Source: Auanema rhodensis
Lineage: Eukaryota; Animalia; Nematoda
Reading direction: 5' to 3'
Length of the DNA stretch: 64,000 bases
Assembly: GCA_964057225.1 (NCBI GenBank)
Contig: OZ059898.1
Coordinates: 9,300,001 to 9,364,000 of the forward strand
The notes beneath the pieces were generated by a model. It did not search any database, was not told where the DNA came from, and saw nothing but the letters and a program-made list of their open reading frames with translations. Shown here piece after piece: positions 52,786-64,000 of this stretch; within the stretch, counting starts at the first letter, position 1; the number at the start of each line of letters is the position of its first letter. Made by a program: the position numbers and the translations under genes.

Positions 52786-54666
52786 ATGGGTCTGTTTTCT
52801 GATAACGCTTCACCTTTTGATGAAGTAGTTGAGAAAGTAACAGCAAGTGACCTAACAACTGAGAAATGGGATCTAATTCTGGATATATGTGATACTATCA
52901 ACCGTGACCCGAAAGTAGCATCGAAGCTAGCACTTCTTTCGATTAAAAAAAGGTTTTGCTTAGATTTTTTGTGTTGCATGATCCTGTTGTTGCAGACTTA
53001 ACAATCGAGACCCACATGTGGTAATTCTCGCTCTATCAGTACTTGATTCATGCTGGAATAATTGCGCTTCATTCAGAAAAGAAGTTTCATCTGCCAATTT
53101 TATCAATGAGCTACAATCTAAAGCCACACATGTAGTTTAAAAATATTCTGATCTGTATCATCTAAATTATTTAGAGTGTTCGACAGGTTGCCGAAAAAAC
53201 TCGTTTGATACTTAAAAAATGGGTTGATACAGAATGCAAATCAGATGCTTCACTTTCTCTTGTTGTTTCTTTATATAGGTAATTATTCATGTATTTTAAT
53301 GTTTAAAAATTGATTTTAGAACATTACTGGAAGAAGGATATACTTTTGAACAACAGGAAAACGTTAAAAAAACAGTTATTAACAATGATCCTAATGTGGT
53401 TTGTTACATCAGTTGTTATTGTGTTAGTTTGTGTTCCAGGTAAGTTCACAGGAGGAAGAAGATGATATAGCAAAGGCTATTGCTCTTTCGCTACAAGAAG
53501 CCGAGAAAACTACTAAAATAAAAAGTATATATCCTGCTGGTAATTCACTAGTTGGCCCAAAGTTGAATCAAAGCTCTATAAAGTTAACTGTCTACGTATT
53601 AATAACAATAATGCAATATTATTCACAGGACAGCTGAGCGCACTGTTAGAGCGCTTTATGACTTTGAGGCAGCTGAAGATAATGAACTTTCTTTCATTAC
53701 TGGTGATTTTATTGTAGTAACTGATGATTCGTAAGTTGGAATTTATTATGTGTTGTTGTAGATTGGAGCTTTTTGATAAAATTAGCTGTTGAAACTTTTT
53801 TTTCGCAGAAATCCAAATTGGTGGCAAGGAAGAATCGGCGTTCAACAAGGTTTATTTCCGTCTAGTTTTGTAACATCTGATTTAAATGAAATCAAGGTTA
53901 GTTAAAAACTGTTACGTTTTCCCTATTTGTTTAGCCTGAAACATCACGTACTGCTGTTACTACTATTCCCATTTCGATCATTGATGAATCTGTACTTTTA
54001 AAATGTATTCAACTTCTTGAAGATTGTGATCCTACTGGTGAAACGTCAGATAGTCCTGATTTAGCTCAGGTATATAGGTTTGCTCTTGATTTTTTGGATT
54101 TTGATGCTTTAGGCTGAAGCGGATTCTCTAGCACAAGCTAGCCTAATTGATGCTCGCCTAGCTGCAGTTGATCGACAAAGTAATGCTTTGGCTCAGGTTA
54201 TATGCTTTATGTTTTTAACAATTTTCTCATACCTTCAGATGGATATTGCTATACGTGATGTTCTTGCCCTGTACGATCAAGCTGTTCAACAAGCAAATCC
54301 ATATCAAGTATTTGTTTATCAAATCTTCTTTTAAAAGTATCTGAGCTTAGAGTGGAGTTTACCATAATGCACAAGTGTCTGTTTTATCGCAACAACAATT
54401 ACCTGGTCCTCCACAACACTTCGGTTTTTGTGTAAATACGGTTTTTTAAAGAGTATTATTTTATATAAACCTTTTTATGTCTTCAGCAACAAACGCAACT
54501 TTCGCAGCCGCACATGCCTCAAAATCCAGTAAGTTCTTCGACATCTTACATTGCTCCTCAACAGCATCAAACGACATATGAATATAATCAACAGTACTCA
54601 AACATTGGTACGCGTGATTGGAATCAACAATCTGCTAACAATATTGCGCAACATCAACCATTTTGA
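52786..54666 (+). CDS. stam-1: ESCRT-0 subunit STAM (VHS, UIM, SH3, GAT, Q-rich tail)
   Basis: [43 protein letters not shown]3 [30 protein letters not shown], and [20 protein letters not shown]. Confidence 0.93.
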
Positions 54667-54810
54667 GGTAATGCATGCTTCGAATTTAATTGTGATTTAA
54701 AATACCTTTCATTGAGAGGCATTCTACTGTATTTTTCTGTACAATTTTGTTCTGTTTTGTGAATTAACGATGTAAATTTGTCTTAAAATAATTATTAACA
54801 GCATAAAGAT

Positions 54811-55271
54811 TTATTTTTTCAATGTTTGCTCTTGCACCCACTTCGCATAAGGCTCTGAAGCATGATCGATTGGTAGAGATATAAATTCCGGTACTTCGTA
54901 GGGATGTAATTTGATGATTTCCTAAGTGAAGACGAAAATTGGAAAGAATATAAGAAACTCACTTGCTCCAGTGGTTTTAGTTGTGATTGTTGGGTCTTAA
55001 TGATTAATAATATCTCGTCTTCTTCAGTTACTTTGTTTTCCCAGGTGTACCTAATTAGTTACATTACTCGACATTCGAAGAAATTTAAGCTTACACTGAT
55101 TTTATATTATTAACAATATTGACGCAAGCTGCTAACTTATTTTCGACAATAAATCTTTAAGCTAATTTCACTTATGTATTTATGAAATACCAACCGAGCT
55201 ATTTTTTTCGCAATTTCTTCATTAGGCACTGTCACGTATACAACACGCAATAAGGACAGAACAGAGCTCAT
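54811..55271 (-). CDS. CutA divalent-cation tolerance family protein
   Basis: VVYVTVPNEEIAKKIAR..KLAACVNI..SVYTWENKV.E.DEILLIIKT..HPYEVPEFI. Confidence 0.92.
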
Positions 55272-57011
55272 GATGAAGCAGACTGAAAAACTAATAAAAT
55301 TAGAACAAAGAAGTAAACACCTTTGCGGCAATACTACTTTTTAAAGAGAACTGTAAAACAAACGTGCCCAAATCGTTTCAAAAGTAATTTAGCAATAGAG
55401 CATAAGATGACAAAAAAAATAATCGGAGTTTCTTTTCTATTTTATTTTTATATGAAGTGTATGATGAAAAAACACATGTAGTTTAAATGTTTGATTGATT
55501 TTCGAATTCTAAAAGAGATATATAACTAATGTCTTTAAAAAAACCAATGGGATTTTCCAACATTACATGTGTTACGTATTAAGTGGACATTGAAATTATA
55601 ATATTATAATTAAGGTAGAACATAAATTGCATATGTTGCGACAATTATATTAGCGTATTTATGAACTAAGTAAATGATTTTTGTTGTTGCTCTGATTAGT
55701 GTCGTCATAGCAACAGTTCTAATATCTTTCATGGTTGCAAATTACAAAAATGATCACATTTTTATTCTCTAACCATATCTATCTTTACTGATGTTTTTCA
55801 ATAATGATCTTATAATTGAAGTTTGAAAATATACCTTGATTTAAAATTTACTCTTTAACGTACTGCTTTTTTTTCTTCGTTGATATGTATTAGTGGTGTA
55901 TAATTTACCGACTTAAAATTCTCATATTTGAGTTTTTATATTTTTATTTTTTTTATCATTTTATATTATACAATGTAAGCTTGAATAAAGTAAGTAAATT
56001 ATCATTCCTATCATTTTGGTGTACCTATATAATAAAAAAATAAAAAAATAAATTTTAAACAAAATTTGTTTTTTGTTTTTTTTTTTAAATTCATGAGTTT
56101 TCTAGAAGAGTAGAGAGAGTACTTCTACTTAAGAATAAGCTTTGTTATTTTCTTATACAACTGTTTTTTCTAATTTTGATAACAAATTAATAATACTCAT
56201 TAATAATAGATGTATCATATTGAAATCGTGCATACCATTTTAAATCAATAGAATGTGCCTTTCTTAGAAATTAAAGTTAAAAAGTGAGAAACTCGTTCTA
56301 AATAATTTCAATAAAATGATATATGGATTATCGACACACAGTTGCAATATAAATTACAAAAATACTGATGAAGAGGAATATAAGTATAATAATAAATATA
56401 AATTAATGTGTGAAACAATAAATCTAATAAAAAATTAACCACATAAAGAATTACCTAATAGTAAATTTTAGAGTTTGAAATTTATTAAGCCAAAATTATT
56501 GACATTAGTATTATCGAAAACTTCGGGTTTAAAGTGAACATCTGTTGATAGCTCAAGTATATATGGTAACCTGCAGTACGTAATTTTATACACGACAAAC
56601 TGTCACACCGCTATTTTGCGAACCTAATCCATAACAGTATACTTGAGTGAAGAAATATATTGTCAAACTTCTTTTAACTTTTATTTACTTTTGATTTTAC
56701 CGAAAAAAAATTAAATAACTTACCTGATGAGTTTTTAATTTACGATAATATTCTTTTTTTTAATGAATGTTTTTAGCTTATAACAATAATGAAAAAAATA
56801 GCATATATCATGTCTTAATTTTGTTCATGAACGCATGTTTCATCTTTTTAATATGATAATTAAGATTAACTTCTTGTTTGCCAATGAAATAAGCATAATA
56901 CCTATATAATTATGATTGTTATTTTTATGTTTTGCAACTTTACACCATATCTTTAAAGTATAGCACCTTGATTTTAAGGTCATTTCTGTTCATTGTTGGC
57001 TATGGAATAGA

Positions 57012-58323
57012 ATGGCTTTTTTAAAGAGAAAAAAAGTAAAATTCAGTGTTGATTTACAGGCATTTTTAAACTTTTAATTTTTATATTATTATATTAAATT
57101 TGAGGTCTCAAATCTCAGTGATGTTCCATTGGTAAACGCTGTTCTATTTGCAAAAGTGCGCCTATTAGACGGTGGTACTTTTGAAGATGTTACCGAACGA
57201 GTTGAAGTTTAAATTTATTATTCTCGTTAATATAGTATATACATATGTCTAGGTAGTTTCACATAGTGCGTCATGGTCACATAGATCGTCGTTTTCCTGT
57301 AGAATTTCTTCTGATCCTTCTTCGGGAATATTGGAAAAATGCTTGTGCAGAATCTCGATTAGAAAGGTAGCAATTCATTCAAAGTCGTTTGTAACCAAAA
57401 CTTTTTCAGGAACAAAAAGGAGGAAAATCGTACGTTAAGTTAGGTTATGTAGACATAAATTTATCAGAGTTCGCCGCTTCTGGTGTAGAAGGTATATTCT
57501 TTTCTTTTTTTTCATTTTCACTCGTTTTAAGAGTTAACTTATGTTATGTTCCAGGAATAACTCGTTCATATTTATTGGATGGCTATGGTTTAAATCAGAG
57601 ACAAGATAATTCTAAAGTACAAGTAAAGGTTATAATGTGTCATCAAAGCGCAGATCCTTATTTTAGAGTGTAAGTTATGGCATCTTCCTCTTGATTTTAT
57701 TTTTTTTAGACCTAGAACTGCATGTCCAACAGAAGATAAGTCACTCAATCCGCTAGATCGCAAAGCTCCCGAAGTTTTTTCCTTTGAATCCAGTTCGTGT
57801 GGACGATTGCTAGATGATGAAGTGATTTTTCGACCGGCTTCCGTACCGGAGATAGTTCCAGGTGAGTTTTATTGTTATATTATATGAATCTCAAAAAAAT
57901 ATTTAAAGAAGTAGTATCGAACGGAGGTTCATCCGTCACTACAGATGACACTACCTCTTTAGTGTCAGATAGAAGAACCAATGCAACATCACTGAGACGG
58001 ATGAGTCAGGATAGAAGCAGCGCACCGCGGGTTCAAAGCACAAGGTTTGTTTTCGAGATTATATATATATATATATATATATTTATGTTATTCAGAATTG
58101 ATCCTGGCGGAATCATTGATCAGATGTTGGCAGAGAGCCGTTTATCGGAAGCGGAAGATGCTCCAATGGACGATTCTGAAGGATTAGCTTTGTACGTTTT
58201 TGCTTATTTATAATCACATTTTTATAAATGAATATATTATTTAAAGATATGTAGATCGTGATGGAGCTGCAGTAGTCGGACCTCAAGGTGCTGGTTTTCA
58301 AAAAGTCACTCTTGGAGATGTGA
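57012..58323 (+). CDS. sym-3: FAM102/EEIG1 NT-C2 domain protein
   Basis: [68 protein letters not shown]..DPYFR, plus RVQSTRID. The first intron is GC-AG. Confidence 0.9.
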
Positions 58324-59127
58324 CTTAAATTCACTTTTTTCCTACCCCCTTTAGCACTTTATCAGGTGATCTCTTATATACCATTCAGAAGGTGCTTTTT
58401 CATAAACTAATTTTAAGCAAAGTATGATTGAACCGAGGTATTTAATTGATCGATTATTTTAGTTTAGATCCGCGATTTATACTGTGAATTTGTTCGGGAT
58501 TTAAGAGGCATATTTATATTTCGGTACTCTATAGCTGACCAATGTTTTTAACTGAAATAGCATATCGTATTCGGGATTTATCCTACTATAGTTCGGGTTA
58601 TATTTTAAGTACTATCATTGTCACTTACTCCAATTCCTGTGTGATATAATTGGTATCATGTGTACCACTCTTATTAACGCTTTAATTATAGTTTATTTAT
58701 AATGAACCTTTTATTGTAGTTAAATTGAATTAGATACTACAACATTTCTCATTTTCATTTTTGATTGGTGTCAGTGACGCTCAGTTTTTGTTTGCGCATT
58801 TAGTTGTTCTATAGTCTAACAGAGTATTATAATTGTATTAAAGTTTTTTCATGATTTATTTTCTTACTTGTTGATATTTAGCATTGCTTCAATATGAGAA
58901 ATAGAAACAATCTCTACTTTATTATTGACGGGTTTGTGAAGTTGGTTGTAGAACACCCACTTCAGCAAAGTTGTTAATAATTTCACTTTCTCCTGTTGGT
59001 GTTTATTGGTATGCCATTTATACTGAACAACATACAAAAAAGTTGAAATTGTTTGTCGCTCAATAACAGATTGGATCGTATACCATTTTTAGGTTTTTCG
59101 GTAATATTTTTATAAATATATTTAGGT

Positions 59128-59848
59128 ATGAAAAGTTACAGTCTCATTTTCAAGAGAGAACTAGTCATATTGGTGGTTTTTTGTTGGTCCCAAAACCCCG
59201 TGGATTCAATTGTATTGAAAGATGGTTTAGGATTTGGAAAATGGATGAAGCCTCATTTGACATGGACAATCTATCGTTATCCTAATAAAATAAAACATCC
59301 AAGAATGACATATTCTGTTCTTCGCAGTTATGTCAATGAATGCATGTTTAAAGCTACACAGTAGGTTATATATAATCTATCAAGTATTTGTTCTTCTCTA
59401 GATTATGGTCTACTGCAATCGATTTAAAATTTACACAAACATTTGATGACAAGGCTCACATTAAAGTAACTATTAAATAATTTTGTTTGCCTAATGAAGT
59501 TAGGTAATTTTTTTTTCTGGAATACACGACGATGGATATGCATTTGATGGAATAGGTGGAGAACTAGCCCATACATTCTACCCTCAAGAGGCTAGAAAAG
59601 GAGAAATTCATGTAGACGATGATGAGCCTTGGTTTGAAGATTAATTACTGTATTTTATAGTGGAATTTAATTTTAGGTCTCCGAATGGAGGAAGAAACTT
59701 AGAATGGACGTTAGCACATGAAATGGGACATGTGTTAGGTATTCCACATCAACCAGCGCCATCATTAATGCAAGATGGATATAGGGGCTATCATAATAAG
59801 CCGCTTCTCACCAATATTGATATTACCGCAGCTCGGAAGCTATACTGA
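59128..59848 (+). CDS. Minimal secreted matrix metalloproteinase (M10A catalytic domain only), about 195 aa, 4 exons
   Basis: Hydrophobic leader, then [43 protein letters not shown], zinc motif [11 protein letters not shown], Met-turn SLM, and LT..DI.A.RKLY*. Confidence 0.9.
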
Positions 59849-60651
59849 CTTTTCAACAATATAGCTCTCACTTAATTTTAAAAAATTGAAATTTAATTCG
59901 AAATTTATAAAAATAATAAATATTATATTATTATTTATATTAATATCATCTTTTCCAACGACAGCAATTATTGAACAAAAAATATTCCAAATTCATTAAA
60001 TCTGTTTACATTATGCTACAATATTTAATTATAGCCGGCCAGATAACTCAAAAAAACTAAAGCTTCCTCGGAGATATGGTTTTAGTTGTCAACTGAGGCT
60101 TATCGATTACTTTTTTCACTCCTACAAGCTCTTCCAAAAAAAAAAACGTGATACCCTGCTCTACTGGTAAATTCTGCCCTTTTGCGCACTCGAAAAAAAG
60201 AGTAAGAAGAGGACTTGTATTATCATCCTAAGCAGGTGTTCCGAAGTCGATTGTTAATTGATATAATATATTATCTATTTTTCCCTACAAAGTTATCATT
60301 TAAAGATATGGCTATACTTCTGAATGCATTCTATTTTTTGACTTTCGCATAATATTTATAATAGATATGAAGAATATGAACTTGCTAATCAATTAAAAAT
60401 GCAGTCAATGATTTTATATAGTTATGACGTAGATTATTTATATACATAACAAATTCAGAATTTGTATATTACGCATGAGTCTTATGTTGTTAGTGAATGT
60501 TCATGGATTTCTTAAAAAATTTTCTAACTTTAAGAATCTGACTAATTCTTTTATTTGCTCACGGCCACGTGCATTTGATGTTTCTCAATTGGCCAACTTG
60601 TTGCGCTAGAAATATTTTCTTTAAAAATTAATAGTTTTTTTTAGGGCAGTT

Positions 60652-63000
60652 ATGACCGACGAGGGCTCCATAGATAATGAGAAGATTAACATTCAGTTGA
60701 AAGACTTAAAGGTGAGCAAAAAGACGATATCGTAAAAAGAAAAATTTGGCAGTGGAGTGTGTATGTAATCAGTGTGATTTTGACTGACTGATGCTTGCTA
60801 TTTTATATTGCTTGTTCATCTGCATTGTTCCCTACGACTATTGCCTATTCCATTTTGATAGAAAGTTCATTTTTTGATTCAATTTATTCTATTGGTATAT
60901 CCATATTGTTATACTGAGCTTGTCCACTCAAATAGTTTGACGAAGTTTTTTTATTTCGGTTCATCAGAATGTCAGTGTGTATAGTTGAGCCTGAAGAATT
61001 CGTTTCTTTGCGTTCTCTGAGTCAGGTAAAGGGTGACAGAATCAAATCTGTTATTTTCGAGTGTTTTCAATGTTTTTTTTTCAGAAAGAAGAGAATACCG
61101 AAAAGGAAGATGAACCTACTCAATTAAAGTGAGTTACACATTATTCATGTGGGTTTTTAATACGCCTATTTAAGAGTATATAAGCAACGATGGCTCATTT
61201 TAACTGTTATTGTTCTATTGAACAATACGAATACAATGTCGTGGATCGCGTATGCTCCAGTTTCAAACTTTGTCAATGCGTTTTACGGAGAAAATAGTGC
61301 AAGCTGGTTTGTAGAGATTATACATATACTTTCATTTAAATTACTATTTCAAGGTTTTCTGTTGTTTATATGATTATGACTATTCCTGTAGGATTTATTG
61401 CAATGTGGGCTGGTAGAAAATTCGGACTGCGATCGGCTGTTCTTATAGCAGGTTGTATCAAATTATTATGAACTATAGCAACATTGTACTAGGATGGACT
61501 AACGGTATTGGGGGACTTATTCGTTTGATTTCTTCTTTTCTCCCGGAACACTTGAGATTTCCTGTTGGAATTGCTGGACAAGCTATTGCTGCAATTGCTT
61601 ATCCTTTCATCATGTTCTTGCCTACCAAAGTTGAACTATTTTCTAGCATTGTAAGCAGAATATTTTTTTAGGTCGCAGGTTCTTGGTTTCCTGAAAATCA
61701 ACGAACGTTAGCAACTACTTGTGGTGTTATGTCCAATCCACTTGGTGTTTTAATGGCTAATCTAATTTCGCCTCAAATGGTTAAAAGCCCAGAGCATGTT
61801 ATTTACTTGAATATTTTTACTTTCGTTCCATCTTTTGCTGCTATGCTGCTCGCAACTGTGAGTTCATGATTTATGAAATATATTACATGGTGATTTAGAT
61901 TGGTGTAAACCGTAGCGAGCCTAAAATCCCCCCTACATATAGCGCTGGTAAGCCGCAAATGGATTTCTTACCTGGTTTAAAAGCTTGCATGCTGAGCAAG
62001 CAATATCTTGTTCTTCTTGTCGTTATGGGTGGTGGAATTGGAATGTTTAATTGCTTGTACACTGTTATGCAGGTACTTCATTGTTTTCAAAAAAGGAGTT
62101 TTATATACTTTCCTAGGAACTTTTATGTCCTTCTGGTTATTCTAACTCGTTTTCTGGAATTTGTGCTGCTCTTATGATTATTGGCGGAGTTGTTGGTGCT
62201 GCTGTTAGCGGTGACTCCCAAGTTTATTATATATATATATATATATAATTTTTTTAAGGTATTTTTGTTGACAAAACGAAGTTATATGAGGAAACCTTAA
62301 AAATTTGTATGGGGTTAGCTGTTATTTGTGGATTAATATTTATGCAGGTAATGATTCCTGATATCCTGTCTCTATATTAAATTTCCAGCTTACTCTTCAT
62401 GTTGGTCTTGCCCCTTACTTGGCTATTACTTGTTTATGCTTTGGCATTCTCGGATTGGCCACCTATCCCGTAGGCTTAGAACTAGCATCTGAGTGCACTT
62501 TCCCTGTATCAGAAGCTACTTCAACCGGTTTAATCGTCTTGTCCGGACAAGTACTATACGTTTTTGTAATAAAATGCCTATTTTGTTTTCAGATACAAAG
62601 CGTATTGTATGTTTTGGTTATGAAACAATTTGCTCGCCCCCTTCAACCTGATCGTTACAAGCATCAAGTAAGATGAACAATTAATACAAATATTTATCAA
62701 TTTTAAGGTTTGTCAATTAGACGATACAGATAAAATGAATGAGCCCAAAGACAGAACTAATTCGGTTATGGTAATCTAGTAAATCTATGAAATTTAAAAT
62801 ATGTGTTTATCACAGGTGTTTTCTGTTCTTGCTTCCGCTCTTGTTCTTATATTAGTTATCTTGTTCAAGCCTGTTTACAAACGACTAGAAGCTGAAAGAG
62901 CAAATCGTGCTCTACAGGATAAAGGTTATTAAGATTAAGAAAATATATATTTTTAAAGTTTTTTTTTTCAGAAAAGTTAACTGAACCTTTAAATGCTTAA
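60652..63000 (+). CDS. MFS transporter of the SLC49 (FLVCR/DIRC2/MFSD7) family
   Basis: VYKQRWLIL..NTMSWIAYAP, GLRSAVLIAGWTNGIGG, GQAIAA, LPTKVAGSWFPENQR, PKIPPT and ELASECTFPVSEATSTG. Confidence 0.9.
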
Positions 63001-63203
63001 TGTGAAAGCTTTATTCAGAATAGGTAGGTCCCATTCGGGCAAAACAAGCAAACTGGCTAAAAGCTATCTATTTCGTTTACTTTAAGCTTTCTGGTTATCA
63101 AAACAATAGTATAACTGAAGTGTTTAACTACATTTACTTCTAATTTCGACGCTTTCTTATGTTAATATTATGTTATTAATAAATCATTTGTTATTAGTAT
63201 AAA

Positions 63204-64000
63204 TCATTGCTCATTGCGCTGACCTCTAACTAAAATTTCTTGAGCTGTGGACAGCACTAGTCTTCCATCTCTGGTCCACATTTTTCCATGAATCAGAGCC
63301 CGTCCTCCACCTGCTATTGTTGATTCAGTCTCGTATAAAACCCAATCGGTATCAATCCGAAAATCGGGACGATGGAACCACATTGTGTGATCCAGGGAAG
63401 CGGCCATTCCTAATTAATCTGATTAGAAAAAAATTAACTGTTTTTCAAGGAACCTAATTTGAATCCAGCGGCAGCATGTGCAGCTATCGGTGTACCTACG
63501 GGCGCAACATCACTAATAAAAGCAGCAACACAATGATGTAATTGTTCATCAATTCCTGAGTAATGTATTTTTCGATTTTTATTGAATGGGAAGAACAACC
63601 TATATCAGTATTATTCTTGACCCAGCATGCGAATTTCATTGGCTGATTTAAAGGAACTTGAATATATTTCAGTGGAGTAATCAGTCGCACTTGAAATGTT
63701 TTTGGGATATCGAGCACCTACATTTGTTAATAAGAAAAATAATAAGAAAGACAATTACTTGCTGATAAGCGGCAGCGGCTCGTTTTCCTTGCTCCGTAAC
63801 ACTATTTGGATTATTTAAGAGTCTGAATATATATATAATTAATATATGTATCTTAAAAAAGTGCATACCTTTCCATGAAATCTCTTGCATTTTCACATTC
63901 CTCAGGCTTTGGTACAATAGGCATTTGATGTTGGTGAGAAATAGAATCATCTTCTAATTTCTGGAAACTATCTAGTTCGAAGAGAGAAGAAAATGTATTC
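63204..64000 (-). CDS. Acyl-CoA thioesterase II (ACOT8/TesB family), 5'-truncated by the window edge
   Basis: LHHCVAAFISD, MAASLDHTMWFHRPDFRIDTDWVLYETES..GGRALIHGKMWTRDGRLVLSTAQEILVR. Confidence 0.9.

Noticed and set aside
1-64000. CRISPR arrays, tRNA/rRNA genes, autonomous transposons, intronless horizontally transferred bacterial genes
   Set aside because: No repeat-spacer array, cloverleaf, rRNA similarity, transposase or RT ORF, or long intronless ORF was seen.

Overview
AT-rich, gene-dense eukaryotic genomic DNA with many 40-50 nt introns and TTTCAG/TTTTAG acceptors. Nematode-type genes (nhr-14, sym-3, an Srx chemoreceptor) point to a rhabditid nematode; the species cannot be determined. 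The ORF track captures only exon fragments, so I assembled gene models by hand from splice signals and reading frame. Coordinates span start to stop codon including introns, and some internal boundaries are approximate. There are about 22 protein-coding genes. Conserved ones: orphan class A GPCR, Srx GPCR, SOAT/mboa-1, NUDT5-like Nudix, nhr-14, PAF-acetylhydrolase, NOL11-like, KIAA0319/AAVR-like, TRAPPC9, TAF3-like, STAM, CutA, sym-3, an SLC49 MFS transporter and a partial ACOT8. Mixed among them are stripped-down or divergent paralogs: a mini-Notch with only 3 EGF and 2 LNR repeats, a small PY-motif membrane protein directly upstream of it, a divergent Skp1, a secreted MMP with no prodomain, and a divergent FAR-like protein. 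A 481-bp MITE with an exact 8-bp target-site duplication and GG termini (Merlin-like) lies just upstream of the SOAT gene. No rRNA, tRNA or CRISPR array was found. All family calls come from motif recognition, not database searches.
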